This document shows, piece by piece, positions 48,334 through 58,041 of a DNA stretch of 64,000 nucleotides. How positions within the stretch are numbered: the stretch's first letter is position 1; every line of letters begins with the position of its first letter. Source of the DNA: Acidobacteriota bacterium (GTDB taxonomy: Bacteria; Acidobacteriota; Vicinamibacteria; Vicinamibacterales; CAVVIG01). Both the position numbers and the translations under genes were made by a program. The notes under the pieces were generated by a model. The model was not told where the DNA came from and made no database searches. It saw only the letters and a program-made list of their open reading frames with translations. Location of the stretch: the NCBI GenBank assembly GCA_016195265.1, contig JACPZW010000078.1, positions 78 to 64,077 of the forward strand, written 5' to 3'.

Positions 48334-49809
48334 ATGAAGATTGCGAAGCACGCCGGCTGGACACTCACCATCGCGAGCGCCTTGGCCGCGGCCGTCTCGG
48401 CCGGCCTTGCATCGACCAGCGTCCTTCGGGCGCAGCAGGCCTCCGGCCAGGACGTCACGTTCACGAGGGACATCGCGCCCATCCTGCAGCGAAGCTGTGA
48501 GAACTGCCATCGCCCGGACGGCGTGGCGCCGATGTCGCTGCAAACCTACGACGACGTGCGACCGTGGGCGCGCGCGATCAAGCAGCGGACCAGCATCGGC
48601 CCGCGCGCGGGCGTGATGCCACCTTGGTACGTTGAAAAGAACATCGGCATTCAGAAGTTCCAGAACGACCCGTCGTTGAGCGACGCCGAGATCGCCAGAA
48701 TCGGCAGGTGGGTCGACGCCGGCGCGCCGCGCGGCAATCCGTCCGACATACCGGCGCCGCGTACGTGGGAAGACTCCGTGAAATGGGCAATCGGCACACC
48801 CGACCTCGTCGTCAAGACGACGGACATCGTCGTGAAGGCGGGCGCGCCGGACTGGTGGGGCGAGATTCCGCGCGTGCCGACGGGCCTGACCGAGGATCGG
48901 TACGTGACGGCCGTCGAGGTCAAGGAAGTCAACGACGTCGACAGCCGCGCCGGCAGCGGGCGCGCGACGGTCGGGGGCCGCTTCGTCTACCACCATATGA
49001 TCTGGAGCACGCGCGTGCTCGGCAGCGCGGCCGACGAAGCGAACCGCGATCCGCTGGCGTTCGACACCGACGGCAGCACGGGCTGGCCCGTCCACGAGGT
49101 CGGCCGCAACGCCGACTTTTTCGATCCGAAGGCGGCCCGGCTCCTCAAAACAGGCTCGAGCATCGTGACCGACTCCGTGCACCTGCACTCGAACGGGCGT
49201 GACACCACGGCGCACCTCGAGATCGGCTTCAAGTTCGCTCCGAAGGGATTCGTGCCGGCATACAAGCGCGCGACCTATTCCCTCGGCAACGGCGTGGACA
49301 TCGACATCAACCCGATGGAAGCGAACCAGCAGCTTCATGCCTATGCGGTGCTGCCGGAGAACACGAAGATCATGTCGTTCGAACCGCACCTGCATGCGCC
49401 TGGAATGCGGATGTGCCTCGAAGCGATCTGGGGCTACAACATCCAGACCCTGAACTGCGTGGGCTACGATCACAACTGGGTCCGCGGGTACCACTACACA
49501 GACGACGCGGCTCCGCTCCTGCCGAAAGGCGCCATCGTCCACATCATTGGCTACATGGACAACTCGCCAACGAACAAGAACGTGCCCGATCCGCGCAACT
49601 GGCAGGGCTCGGGCAACCGGTCCGTGGCGAACATGTTCATCGACCTTGGGAATCGCGTGGCGCTGACCGACGAACAGTTCAAGGAAGAGATGGCGAAGCG
49701 GGTTGCCAGCGCGCCGGGGCAGGACGTCTACCGCGGATGTCCGCTCTGCGGCGTGGCCACCAAGCAATCGACGAAGACGGCCACGAGTCAGAATCCGGAC
49801 CCGCAGTAA
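48334..49809 (+). CDS. haem c + copper type II monooxygenase-like protein
   Basis: GAGGAG RBS; CENCH; YHHMIW, VHLH, PHLH, ANMF. Confidence 0.7.
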   Translation: MKIAKHAGWTLTIASALAAAVSAGLASTSVLRAQQASGQDVTFTRDIAPILQRSCENCHRPDGVAPMSLQTYDDVRPWARAIKQRTSIGPRAGVMPPWYVEKNIGIQKFQNDPSLSDAEIARIGRWVDAGAPRGNPSDIPAPRTWEDSVKWAIGTPDLVVKTTDIVVKAGAPDWWGEIPRVPTGLTEDRYVTAVEVKEVNDVDSRAGSGRATVGGRFVYHHMIWSTRVLGSAADEANRDPLAFDTDGSTGWPVHEVGRNADFFDPKAARLLKTGSSIVTDSVHLHSNGRDTTAHLEIGFKFAPKGFVPAYKRATYSLGNGVDIDINPMEANQQLHAYAVLPENTKIMSFEPHLHAPGMRMCLEAIWGYNIQTLNCVGYDHNWVRGYHYTDDAAPLLPKGAIVHIIGYMDNSPTNKNVPDPRNWQGSGNRSVANMFIDLGNRVALTDEQFKEEMAKRVASAPGQDVYRGCPLCGVATKQSTKTATSQNPDPQ

Positions 49810-49831
49810 CCGCGCATCTGGGACGAGAACG

Positions 49832-50842
49832 ATGAAGAACGTTTTTCGCGCGCTGCTCGGCGTCGGAGCGCTGCTCATCGTGTGTTCGGGCGCGTTCGCG
49901 CAGTCGCTCACGTACTCGAGCGGTCAGACCGTGGCGCCCGCGTACGAGGGGTGGGAAGTGGCGGCCGACGGCGCCAAGTACTTCCTGTTCGGGTACATGA
50001 ACCGGAACTGGGACGAAGAGCTCGACATTCCCGTTGGGCCCGACAACAACTTCAACGTCGGGGGCGCGGACCAGGGGCAGGCCACGCACTTTCTGCCCCG
50101 GAGGAATCGATTTGTTTTCAGCGTCAAGGTGCCCGCGGGCTTCACCGAGAAGGACGAGCTGATCTGGACGCTCACCTCGCGCGGCAAGACGATCAAGGCG
50201 TACGCGTCGCTGCGCCTCGACTACGCCGTTGACGACGTCGTGAGAGCGTCGGAGACCGGCGCCCTCGGCGCGGGCACCAGCAGTCCGGAAGTGCGCGCGA
50301 ACAAGGCGCCGGTGGTGAAGGTCGAAGGATCGAAGACAAGGACCGTGCGCGCCGGCGAGCCGATGACCATCGTCGCGTATCTCCTCGACGACGGCGTCCC
50401 GAAGCGGCGCGCGTCCGGACTGGCTGGCGCCGCCGTGTCGAACGAGGGATCGCGCCGGGATACGGCGGCCACCGCGGAGGCGCCGGGCGCCGAGAACCCC
50501 GTGCGCGTCAACCGCGCGATGCTGCCGCCTGCGAGAAGCACGGTGGGGAAAAATGTCGGCCTCCATCTGTCCTGGTTCGTCTACCGCGGCGCGGGTGCTG
50601 TCACCTTCAACCCGCCGCAAATCAAGGTCTGGGAGGACACGCGGACCGGGGCAAATTCCCCGTGGGCGCCCGTGTGGTCGGCTCCGGACGTACCGACGGA
50701 CGGCCGCGTCGCCGCCGAAGTGACGTTCAGCGAACCGGGGACCTACGTCCTGCGAGGTCTGGTCGACGACGGCGCGCTGACCGGGAGCGAAGATCTGACG
50801 GTGACCGTGGTCGGCCCGGCGCGAACACCCCAAGACCGCTGA
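49832..50842 (+). CDS. secreted hypothetical protein with C-terminal PKD-like domain
   Basis: signal peptide; PAYEGW, FGYMNRN; TFSEPGTYVLR. Confidence 0.7.
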   Translation: MKNVFRALLGVGALLIVCSGAFAQSLTYSSGQTVAPAYEGWEVAADGAKYFLFGYMNRNWDEELDIPVGPDNNFNVGGADQGQATHFLPRRNRFVFSVKVPAGFTEKDELIWTLTSRGKTIKAYASLRLDYAVDDVVRASETGALGAGTSSPEVRANKAPVVKVEGSKTRTVRAGEPMTIVAYLLDDGVPKRRASGLAGAAVSNEGSRRDTAATAEAPGAENPVRVNRAMLPPARSTVGKNVGLHLSWFVYRGAGAVTFNPPQIKVWEDTRTGANSPWAPVWSAPDVPTDGRVAAEVTFSEPGTYVLRGLVDDGALTGSEDLTVTVVGPARTPQDR

Positions 50843-50882
50843 GGATGCCAGGAACCACCGCACGTCAGTCCTCTGCCGGGGC

Positions 50883-53135
50883 GTGACGCTCTTCACCGCG
50901 CTCGCGGCGAGCCTGGCCGCCGCTTCTCTGAGCGCGGCGTCATCGCCACAAACCCCGGCGTCCGGGACTCCGGCGCCGTCACAAGTTGCCCCGCGCGACA
51001 CATTGGGTCGCATGACGATTCGGGCGACCCGCCTCACGTCTCCATTGCGGATCGACGGCCAGCTCGGCGAGCGCGTCTACACGGACGTCGAGCCGATTTC
51101 TGATTTCATTCAGATGGAGCCCTCCGGCGGCCAGCCGGCATCGGAGAAGACCGACGTGTGGGTGTTCTTCGACGAGCGCAACGTCTACGTGACGATCCGC
51201 GCGTGGGAGAGCCGGCCGGATCTCATGGTCGCCAACGAGATGCGGCGCGACAGCAACAACATCCGCATGGGTGACAGCGTCGGCTTCTCGCTGGACACGT
51301 TCCACGACGGCCGCAACGCCTATCAGTTCGAGGTCAACCCGCTCGGCGCCCGCACCGACGGCCAGAGCGCCAACGAGCGCCAGTACAACAGCGACTGGAA
51401 TCCGGTCTGGGATCTCGCGGTCGGGCGGTTCGCCGGCGGCTGGACGGTGGAAGCCGCCATTCCGTTCAAGACGCTGCGCTATCAGCCGGGCGCCGCCCAG
51501 GTCTGGGGCTTCAACGCGCGGCGCAGCAGCAAGTGGAAGAACGAGATTGCGTTTCTCGCGCGGATTCCGCCCGCGTTCGGCATCGGCCGCGGCAGCTTCG
51601 CCGCGTCGCTCTTTCCCACGCTGATCGGGATCGACGCGCCGGCGCTCTCGAGACCTCTCGACCTGAAGCCGTACATCGTCGGCAGCCTGACAACCGATCG
51701 CACGGTCTCGCCGCCGATCGACAACGATCCGAACCGCGACGTGGGGCTTGATGTGAAGTACGGCGTCACGCAGGGGCTGGCGGCCGACTTCACCTACAAC
51801 ACCGACTTCGCGCAGGTTGAAGCCGACGAGCAGCAGGTGAACCTGACGCGCTTCAGCCTCTTCTTTCCGGAGAAGCGCGAGTTCTTCCTCGAGAACTTCG
51901 GCACGTTCGCGTTCGGCGCGTCGTCGACAACGGGCGCGGGCCAGCCGAGCGGCGACACGCCGTTGTTGTTCTACAGCCGGCGCATCGGCCTGAACCAGGG
52001 AGCGGCCGTGCCGATTCTCGCCGGCGGGCGCCTCAGCGGCCGGGCGGGCCGTTTCAGCATCGGCGCGATCGACATCGGCACGCGCGACTCCGCCACGGCG
52101 CGCGCCGCCGCCACCAATTTCTCCGTCCTGCGCCTGCGGCGCGACATCCTGCGGCGAAGCGCCGTCGGCGTGATGGCGACGACGCGGTCCGTCACGCAGA
52201 ATGGCGCGGGGACCAACGACGTGTACGGGGTCGACGGCACGTTCGCCTTCTTCGCGAACCTGTCGTTCAATACGTACTGGGCGAAATCCCGGACCACAGG
52301 TCTCGACGGCCACGACACCAGTTACCGGACACAAATGGAGTACGCCGGCGACCGGTACGGTCTGCAACTCGATCGGCTGGTGGTCGGCGACGCGTTCAAT
52401 CCGGAAGTCGGGTACGTGCGCCGCAACAACATCCGCGAGCACTTCGGACAGGTCCGGTTCAGCCCGCGGCCGGCGTCGATCAAGGCGGTGCGCAAGTTCT
52501 CCGGCATCGGCACGGTGACGCACGTCGAGGATCTACCGGGCGTGCTGCAGACGCGGACGCTGGATGGAGAATTCGCGATCGAGTTCCAGAACAGCGATCG
52601 CTTCAGCCTGGGTCTCAACGACGACATCGAACGGCTCGTCCAGCCGTTCGCGATCACGCCGGCCGCGTCGATTCCTGTCGGCACTTACGAGTTCGCCACG
52701 GCGAGAGCGGTTTACCTGTTCGGCCAGCAACGGCCCGTCTCGGGCACGCTCACGCTCGAGCGCGGCGCGTTCTACGACGGCCATCGCACCAGTGTCGGGT
52801 TCAGCAAGACGCGCATCAATCCGACGTCACGCTTCTCCCTCGAGCCGACGATCTCCCTCAACTGGATCGACCGGCCCAACGGGTCGTTTACGACGAATCT
52901 CATCGGGTCGCGCGTCACCTATACGATGACGCCGCTGATGTTCGCGAGCGCGCTCGTGCAGTTCAACGAGACGACGCATCGCGTGAGCACGAACGCGCGT
53001 CTGCGCTGGGAGTACCGCGCCGGCAGCGAGCTCTTCATCGTGTACAACGAAGATCGCGACACGCTCGCCGTGGGACCGCCGGACCTGCAAAGCCGCGCGC
53101 TGATCATCAAGGTCAACCGCCTGTTTCGTTTCTAA
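50883..53135 (+). CDS. CBM9-like/DUF5916 outer-membrane protein
   Basis: IDGQL, GWTVEAAIPFKTLRY, NTDFAQVEAD..NLTRFSLFFPEKREFFLE; C-terminal F. Confidence 0.85.
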   Translation: MTLFTALAASLAAASLSAASSPQTPASGTPAPSQVAPRDTLGRMTIRATRLTSPLRIDGQLGERVYTDVEPISDFIQMEPSGGQPASEKTDVWVFFDERNVYVTIRAWESRPDLMVANEMRRDSNNIRMGDSVGFSLDTFHDGRNAYQFEVNPLGARTDGQSANERQYNSDWNPVWDLAVGRFAGGWTVEAAIPFKTLRYQPGAAQVWGFNARRSSKWKNEIAFLARIPPAFGIGRGSFAASLFPTLIGIDAPALSRPLDLKPYIVGSLTTDRTVSPPIDNDPNRDVGLDVKYGVTQGLAADFTYNTDFAQVEADEQQVNLTRFSLFFPEKREFFLENFGTFAFGASSTTGAGQPSGDTPLLFYSRRIGLNQGAAVPILAGGRLSGRAGRFSIGAIDIGTRDSATARAAATNFSVLRLRRDILRRSAVGVMATTRSVTQNGAGTNDVYGVDGTFAFFANLSFNTYWAKSRTTGLDGHDTSYRTQMEYAGDRYGLQLDRLVVGDAFNPEVGYVRRNNIREHFGQVRFSPRPASIKAVRKFSGIGTVTHVEDLPGVLQTRTLDGEFAIEFQNSDRFSLGLNDDIERLVQPFAITPAASIPVGTYEFATARAVYLFGQQRPVSGTLTLERGAFYDGHRTSVGFSKTRINPTSRFSLEPTISLNWIDRPNGSFTTNLIGSRVTYTMTPLMFASALVQFNETTHRVSTNARLRWEYRAGSELFIVYNEDRDTLAVGPPDLQSRALIIKVNRLFRF

Positions 53136-53186
53136 GACGAGCACCCCACGGGCGGGCCCGACGGAAGTGCTATTCTTCGCCGATCG

Positions 53187-54956
53187 ATGGTGGCAGGTTT
53201 TCGCGCGGTCAGCGTCGTGGTGGCTGCGCTGCTCCCGTTCGCGTGGGCGGCATGCGGCGGCGAACCCCGCGCTACGCCTGCTCAGACGCCCGCCTCGTCG
53301 CGCGCCGCGGCCGCGCCCGATGATTGGTTCGTGGATGGCGCCGGAGCGGCCGGCCTCGACTTCGTTCACTTCAATGGCGCGTCAGGCCGGTTCTACTATC
53401 CGGAGATCCTGCCGCCCGGCGTCGCGCTGTTCGACTACGACAACGACGGCGATCTCGATGTGTACGTCGTGCAAGGGCGGAGGCTTGGGCCGCAGACGGA
53501 TCCGCCGTCGCTGATCCCGCCGCACGATGCGAAGCCTCTGACCGGTCGGCTGTTTCGCAACGACCTGCAAGTGCGCGCCGACGGAACACGCGTGCTGCAC
53601 TTCACCGACGTGACCGAACAGAGCGGGATTCGCGCCGACCAGTACGGCCTCGGCGTCGCCGCGGCGGACGTGGACAACGACGGATACACTGATCTGCTGC
53701 TCACGAATTTCGGGACAGTCCAGTTGTGGCACAACAACGGCAACGGGACGTTTACCGATGTGTCCAAGGCCAGCGGCGTTCAGGGTCCCCCCGGCGTGGC
53801 GGTGGCGGCCGCCTTCCTCGATTACGACCGCGACGGCTGGCTCGATCTCTACGTCGCGTACAACGTGAACTACGCGCTCGACCGCGAGCAGCCCTGCCCG
53901 AATCAGGCGGGCGCCAGGGACTATTGCCCGCCGCAGATTTTCGGCGGACGGCCGGATCATCTGTACAGAAACATGGGCCACGGGAGGTTCGTCGACGTCA
54001 GCGCCCGGTCCCTCATCGGAGGAAAGTTCGGCCCGGCGCTGGGGATCGCGACCGCCGACTACAACGGCGACGGATGGATAGACATCTACGTCGCCAACGA
54101 CGGCGAACCGAACCTTCTGTGGATCAATCAGCACGACGGGACATTCAAGGAGACGGCGCTGCTCGCCGGCTCGGCGCTGACCGGCGACGGGAAGGCCGAG
54201 GCGAGCATGGGCGTCGATGCCGGCGACTTCGACAACGACGGCGATGAGGACCTGCTCATGTCCGAGCTGACCGGGCAGGGATCCAACCTCTATGTCAACG
54301 ACGGCTCCGGCAGGTTTCGCGACGCCAGCGCCGCGTCGGGCCTCGGCGCCATGAGTCTGCCGTTCACCGGCTGGGGCACCGCGTGGTTCGACTTCGACAA
54401 CGATGGGTGGCTGGATGTGCTGACGGTCAACGGACCGATCGTGGCCAACGAGCGCCGCACGGGTGCGCCGTTTCCGTACGATCAGCGAAAGGTGCTGTTC
54501 AGAAATCTCGGGACCGGCCGATTCGAGAACGTCACGAGCAAGGCGGGCGCCGTCTTCGAGCTGTCGGAGGCCGGCCGCGGCGCCGCTTTCGGCGACATCG
54601 ACAATGACGGCGACATGGACGTTGTCGTCGGCAACGACAATGGCCCGTTGCGGCTCCTGTTGAACAATGTCGGTAATCGAAATCACTGGCTGGGCGTGCG
54701 GGTCGTCAGCGCGCAGGGCCGCGACGCGCTCGGGGCCAGGGTCGTCGTGATTCGCGCCGACGGCTCGAAGCTGTGGCGGCGGGCCCGATCCGACGGCAGC
54801 TATGCCTCGGCCAACGATCCGAGAGTGCTGGTGGGGCTCGGCGGATCGGCGGAGCCCGTGTCGGTGGAGGTTCGGTGGCCGAGCGGACGCGTCGAGCACT
54901 GGTCCAGCGTGGCGACCGATCGATGGATGACGCTAAAGGAAGGCAGCGGACGATGA
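53187..54956 (+). CDS. CRTAC1-family lipoprotein (FG-GAP + ASPIC/UnbV)
   Basis: AAC lipobox; DYDNDGDLD repeats; DGSYASAND.RVLVGLG, VRWPSG. Confidence 0.9.
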   Translation: MVAGFRAVSVVVAALLPFAWAACGGEPRATPAQTPASSRAAAAPDDWFVDGAGAAGLDFVHFNGASGRFYYPEILPPGVALFDYDNDGDLDVYVVQGRRLGPQTDPPSLIPPHDAKPLTGRLFRNDLQVRADGTRVLHFTDVTEQSGIRADQYGLGVAAADVDNDGYTDLLLTNFGTVQLWHNNGNGTFTDVSKASGVQGPPGVAVAAAFLDYDRDGWLDLYVAYNVNYALDREQPCPNQAGARDYCPPQIFGGRPDHLYRNMGHGRFVDVSARSLIGGKFGPALGIATADYNGDGWIDIYVANDGEPNLLWINQHDGTFKETALLAGSALTGDGKAEASMGVDAGDFDNDGDEDLLMSELTGQGSNLYVNDGSGRFRDASAASGLGAMSLPFTGWGTAWFDFDNDGWLDVLTVNGPIVANERRTGAPFPYDQRKVLFRNLGTGRFENVTSKAGAVFELSEAGRGAAFGDIDNDGDMDVVVGNDNGPLRLLLNNVGNRNHWLGVRVVSAQGRDALGARVVVIRADGSKLWRRARSDGSYASANDPRVLVGLGGSAEPVSVEVRWPSGRVEHWSSVATDRWMTLKEGSGR

Positions 54957-56611
54957 GTCGGAGTCCGCTGGCCGTCATGATCGCGATTGGCGCCGTCGCG
55001 GCATCCGCCTGCACCTCGCGGACCGACGCGCCCGCCCCGCATGGCCCGGCGGCGCAGCATGCAGGCGAGCGGTCGGATCCGAGCGCGGCTGAGGCGGGGG
55101 CGCGCGGGCTGCTGCCGGTGTCGTTGCCGGATCTGAAGACGATGACGGCGTCGGTGCAGAAACAGATCCGCACGACCCACGAGCTGATGTTGAAGAAGAT
55201 GGTGAACCGTCAGACGGCGGTTCCCGATCTCGCCGACGCATACGGCGATCTCGGCAAGCTGCTGATGGCCGCAGATTACCCGGACGCAGCCGAGCCGTGC
55301 TTCATGAACGCGCGAACGCTCGCGCCGGATGATTACCGCTGGTCGTACTATCTGGCGCACGTGTATCGCAAGCGTGGCGACCTCGACAAGGCCCAGCCGG
55401 CGTTCGAGCGCGCGTTGCAGCTGCATCCCGACGATGTCGCCACGCTGGTGTGGCTCGGCGATGTCGCGCTGGCGCAGGGGCGCGCGGAGGACGCCGAGCC
55501 GCGGTTTTCACGGGCGCTGGCGCTCGATCCCGCTTCTCTGTCGGCGCGGTTCGGCCTGGGACGCGCGGCCCTGGCCCGGCAGCAGTATCGGCAGGCGGCC
55601 GGTTATCTTGAAGACGTGCTCGCGCGTGATCCAAACGCGGCCGGCGCGCACTATCCGCTCGGCATGGCCTACCGCGGTCTAGGCGATTCGAAGAAGGCCG
55701 AGGCGCAGCTGCGGTTGCGGAAGAACCGCGACATCCTTCCGGCCGATCCTCTCATCGTCGAGATCGAGGAATTGCTCGAGAGTCCCACGGCCTACGAGGC
55801 GCGCGGCATTCGGGCCCTGGACAACAAGCGTTGGCCGGAGGCGGCCGCGCTGTTCCGCAAAGGACTCGAGCTCGCGCCCGACAGCGCGGCGTTGCGGCAT
55901 CGGCTGGGCACCACGCTGTTCATGATGGGCGACTCGCCTGGCGCGCAGAATCAGTTCGAGCAGGTCGTGCGCGCCTCACCGGACTACTTTCTGGCGCAGT
56001 ACAGCCTGGGCGTCATGCTCGAGGATCAGGGCCGCTACGCGGACGCGATCGATCGGTTCTCGGCGGCGTTGCGCGTCAGGTCGAGCTACACTGAGGCGCG
56101 CCTGCGGCTCGCGGCGTCCCTGCGAAAGGCCGGCCGCGCCAGCGAGTCGTTGCCGCACTACCAGCAGATCCTCAACGTCGACGCGAACCAGACCGAAGCG
56201 CGGTTCGGGCGAGCGATGACGCTGGTGCAGCTCGGACGCTACCAGGAGGCGCGCGATCACCTGGCGGACGACGTAAACGCGTACCCGACACAGACGGTGT
56301 TCGCGCACGGACTCGCACGATTGCTCGCCGGCGCCCCTGACGATCACGTGCGGGATGGCGACCGGGCCCTCGCGCTGATTGGCGAGCTGCTGAGCCGCGA
56401 ACAGCGGACGCTGGACTTGGGCGAGACGATGGCGATGGCGCTCGCGGCCGCTGCCCGATATGACGAGGCCGTGCGCGTGCAGCAGGATCTCCTGCGCGGC
56501 GCGGAAGCCTCCGGCCTCACGCGCGTCGTCTCACGCCTGGCCGCCAATCTGGTGCTGTACGAGCGCCGTCAACCGTGTCGCACGCCGTGGCCGCCCGGCG
56601 AAATTCCATGA
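54953..56611 (+). CDS. tetratricopeptide repeat lipoprotein
   Basis: ATGA overlap; ASAC lipobox; many TPRs. Confidence 0.88.
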   Translation: MSRSPLAVMIAIGAVAASACTSRTDAPAPHGPAAQHAGERSDPSAAEAGARGLLPVSLPDLKTMTASVQKQIRTTHELMLKKMVNRQTAVPDLADAYGDLGKLLMAADYPDAAEPCFMNARTLAPDDYRWSYYLAHVYRKRGDLDKAQPAFERALQLHPDDVATLVWLGDVALAQGRAEDAEPRFSRALALDPASLSARFGLGRAALARQQYRQAAGYLEDVLARDPNAAGAHYPLGMAYRGLGDSKKAEAQLRLRKNRDILPADPLIVEIEELLESPTAYEARGIRALDNKRWPEAAALFRKGLELAPDSAALRHRLGTTLFMMGDSPGAQNQFEQVVRASPDYFLAQYSLGVMLEDQGRYADAIDRFSAALRVRSSYTEARLRLAASLRKAGRASESLPHYQQILNVDANQTEARFGRAMTLVQLGRYQEARDHLADDVNAYPTQTVFAHGLARLLAGAPDDHVRDGDRALALIGELLSREQRTLDLGETMAMALAAAARYDEAVRVQQDLLRGAEASGLTRVVSRLAANLVLYERRQPCRTPWPPGEIP

Positions 56612-58041
56612 CACAGCCACCTCGGCCGCCGACCGCGCATCACGATTCCGGCCGCCGTCCCGTGAGCGCGCGACGAGTCGTGGCGTTCGCGCTCGCGTTC
56701 GGGCTGACCGCGCCGGGCGCGGCAGCCGTCGCGCAGGATGCGACCGCGGCGCAGCTCCTCGTGACTGCCGCCACGCCTGACCCCGACGGTCGCGCGCTGA
56801 AGATCGCGGGAAGGAATTTCGGCCCTCATCCCTTCGTGACACTCGATCTCTACCCGATCGCGCTGCAGTCGGCGACTGACTCCGAGATCGTCGCAACCGT
56901 GCCCACGGCATTGATGCCGCCGGGCATCTACCTTCTGACCGTCAGTCGCGGACCGTCGGCGACGGAGATCGGCTCGTTGCAAGTGACGGTCGGGGGCGGC
57001 CGGACAAACCCAGACACCACGACGGACCGCCCGGATCTCGGCACGCTGGGGCCTGCGGGCAGCGAGCCGGCGGCGAAAGTCGGCGATCGCGTGATCACGG
57101 TGGACGACGTCGATCGAGAGTGGCGGCGCACCGATCCGGGCGGATACCTCTCGCTGAGCCGCCAGCTGTACGAGAATCGGCGCCGGGCGACCGATGCACT
57201 CGTCACCAACGAGCTGCTGGCGCGAGAGGCGGCGCGGCGCGGACTCACCGTGCAGGCCCTGCTCGCCGAAGAGATTCCCGCCCGCACCGTCACCATGCCT
57301 GAATCCGCCGTGCTCTCGCTCTATGAAGGGCTGGGCGACCGCGCCCGCGGTGTGCCACTCGAACAGATGCGACCCGCGCTTCGCGCCTGGCTGGAGCGCG
57401 TCACGCAGCCGGAGCTGGCGAAGATGAACTACGTCGAGGAGCTGATGAAGGTCTCCACGCGCGCGGACGTGTTCCTGGCGGCGCCGCGGGTCCGCGTCGA
57501 CCGCGCGCCGCAGGACGCCGAGATCGGACCGGCGACCGCTGCTGTCGAGATCGTCGCCTTCGGCGACCTTCAAAGCCCCGAGTACGCGCGGTTCGCGCTG
57601 GTGTTCGCGAAAGTCCGCGACACGTTCGGCGACAAAGTGCGGCTCGTCTTCAAGCACTTGCCCCTGCTTGGACCCGAGTCGGTTACGGCGGGCGAAGCGG
57701 CCGCGTGCGCAAACGCGCAAGGCAAGTTCTGGGCGTTTCATGACGCCGCGGTCGTGCGGCCCGTGCCGCTGCGGCTCGATCGGCTCAAGAATGTCGCGGA
57801 CGCGGTGGGCGTGGATCGCCGCGCCTTCGACGCGTGCCTGGACGGCGGGACGTTCACGGAAGCGATCCGGCGGGCTGCCGGTGAGGCCGAACGCTACGCC
57901 GTCCGATCCAGTCCGAGCTTTCTGGTGAACGGCTCGCTGGCGCCGCCGCCGCCCCCATTTCTTCCGGCCTTCGAATTCCTCAAGCGCCTCATCGAGGACG
58001 CGCTGCTCCAGCAGGCGCGGGCTTCATCGAAGGATCGCTGA
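56608..58041 (+). CDS. DsbA-like thioredoxin-fold protein with N-terminal IPT-like and SurA-like regions, lacking CXXC
   Basis: IVAFGDLQSPEY, VRLVFKHLPL, CANAQGKFW, SSPSFLVNG; start uncertain. Confidence 0.75.
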   Translation: MTQPPRPPTAHHDSGRRPVSARRVVAFALAFGLTAPGAAAVAQDATAAQLLVTAATPDPDGRALKIAGRNFGPHPFVTLDLYPIALQSATDSEIVATVPTALMPPGIYLLTVSRGPSATEIGSLQVTVGGGRTNPDTTTDRPDLGTLGPAGSEPAAKVGDRVITVDDVDREWRRTDPGGYLSLSRQLYENRRRATDALVTNELLAREAARRGLTVQALLAEEIPARTVTMPESAVLSLYEGLGDRARGVPLEQMRPALRAWLERVTQPELAKMNYVEELMKVSTRADVFLAAPRVRVDRAPQDAEIGPATAAVEIVAFGDLQSPEYARFALVFAKVRDTFGDKVRLVFKHLPLLGPESVTAGEAAACANAQGKFWAFHDAAVVRPVPLRLDRLKNVADAVGVDRRAFDACLDGGTFTEAIRRAAGEAERYAVRSSPSFLVNGSLAPPPPPFLPAFEFLKRLIEDALLQQARASSKDR

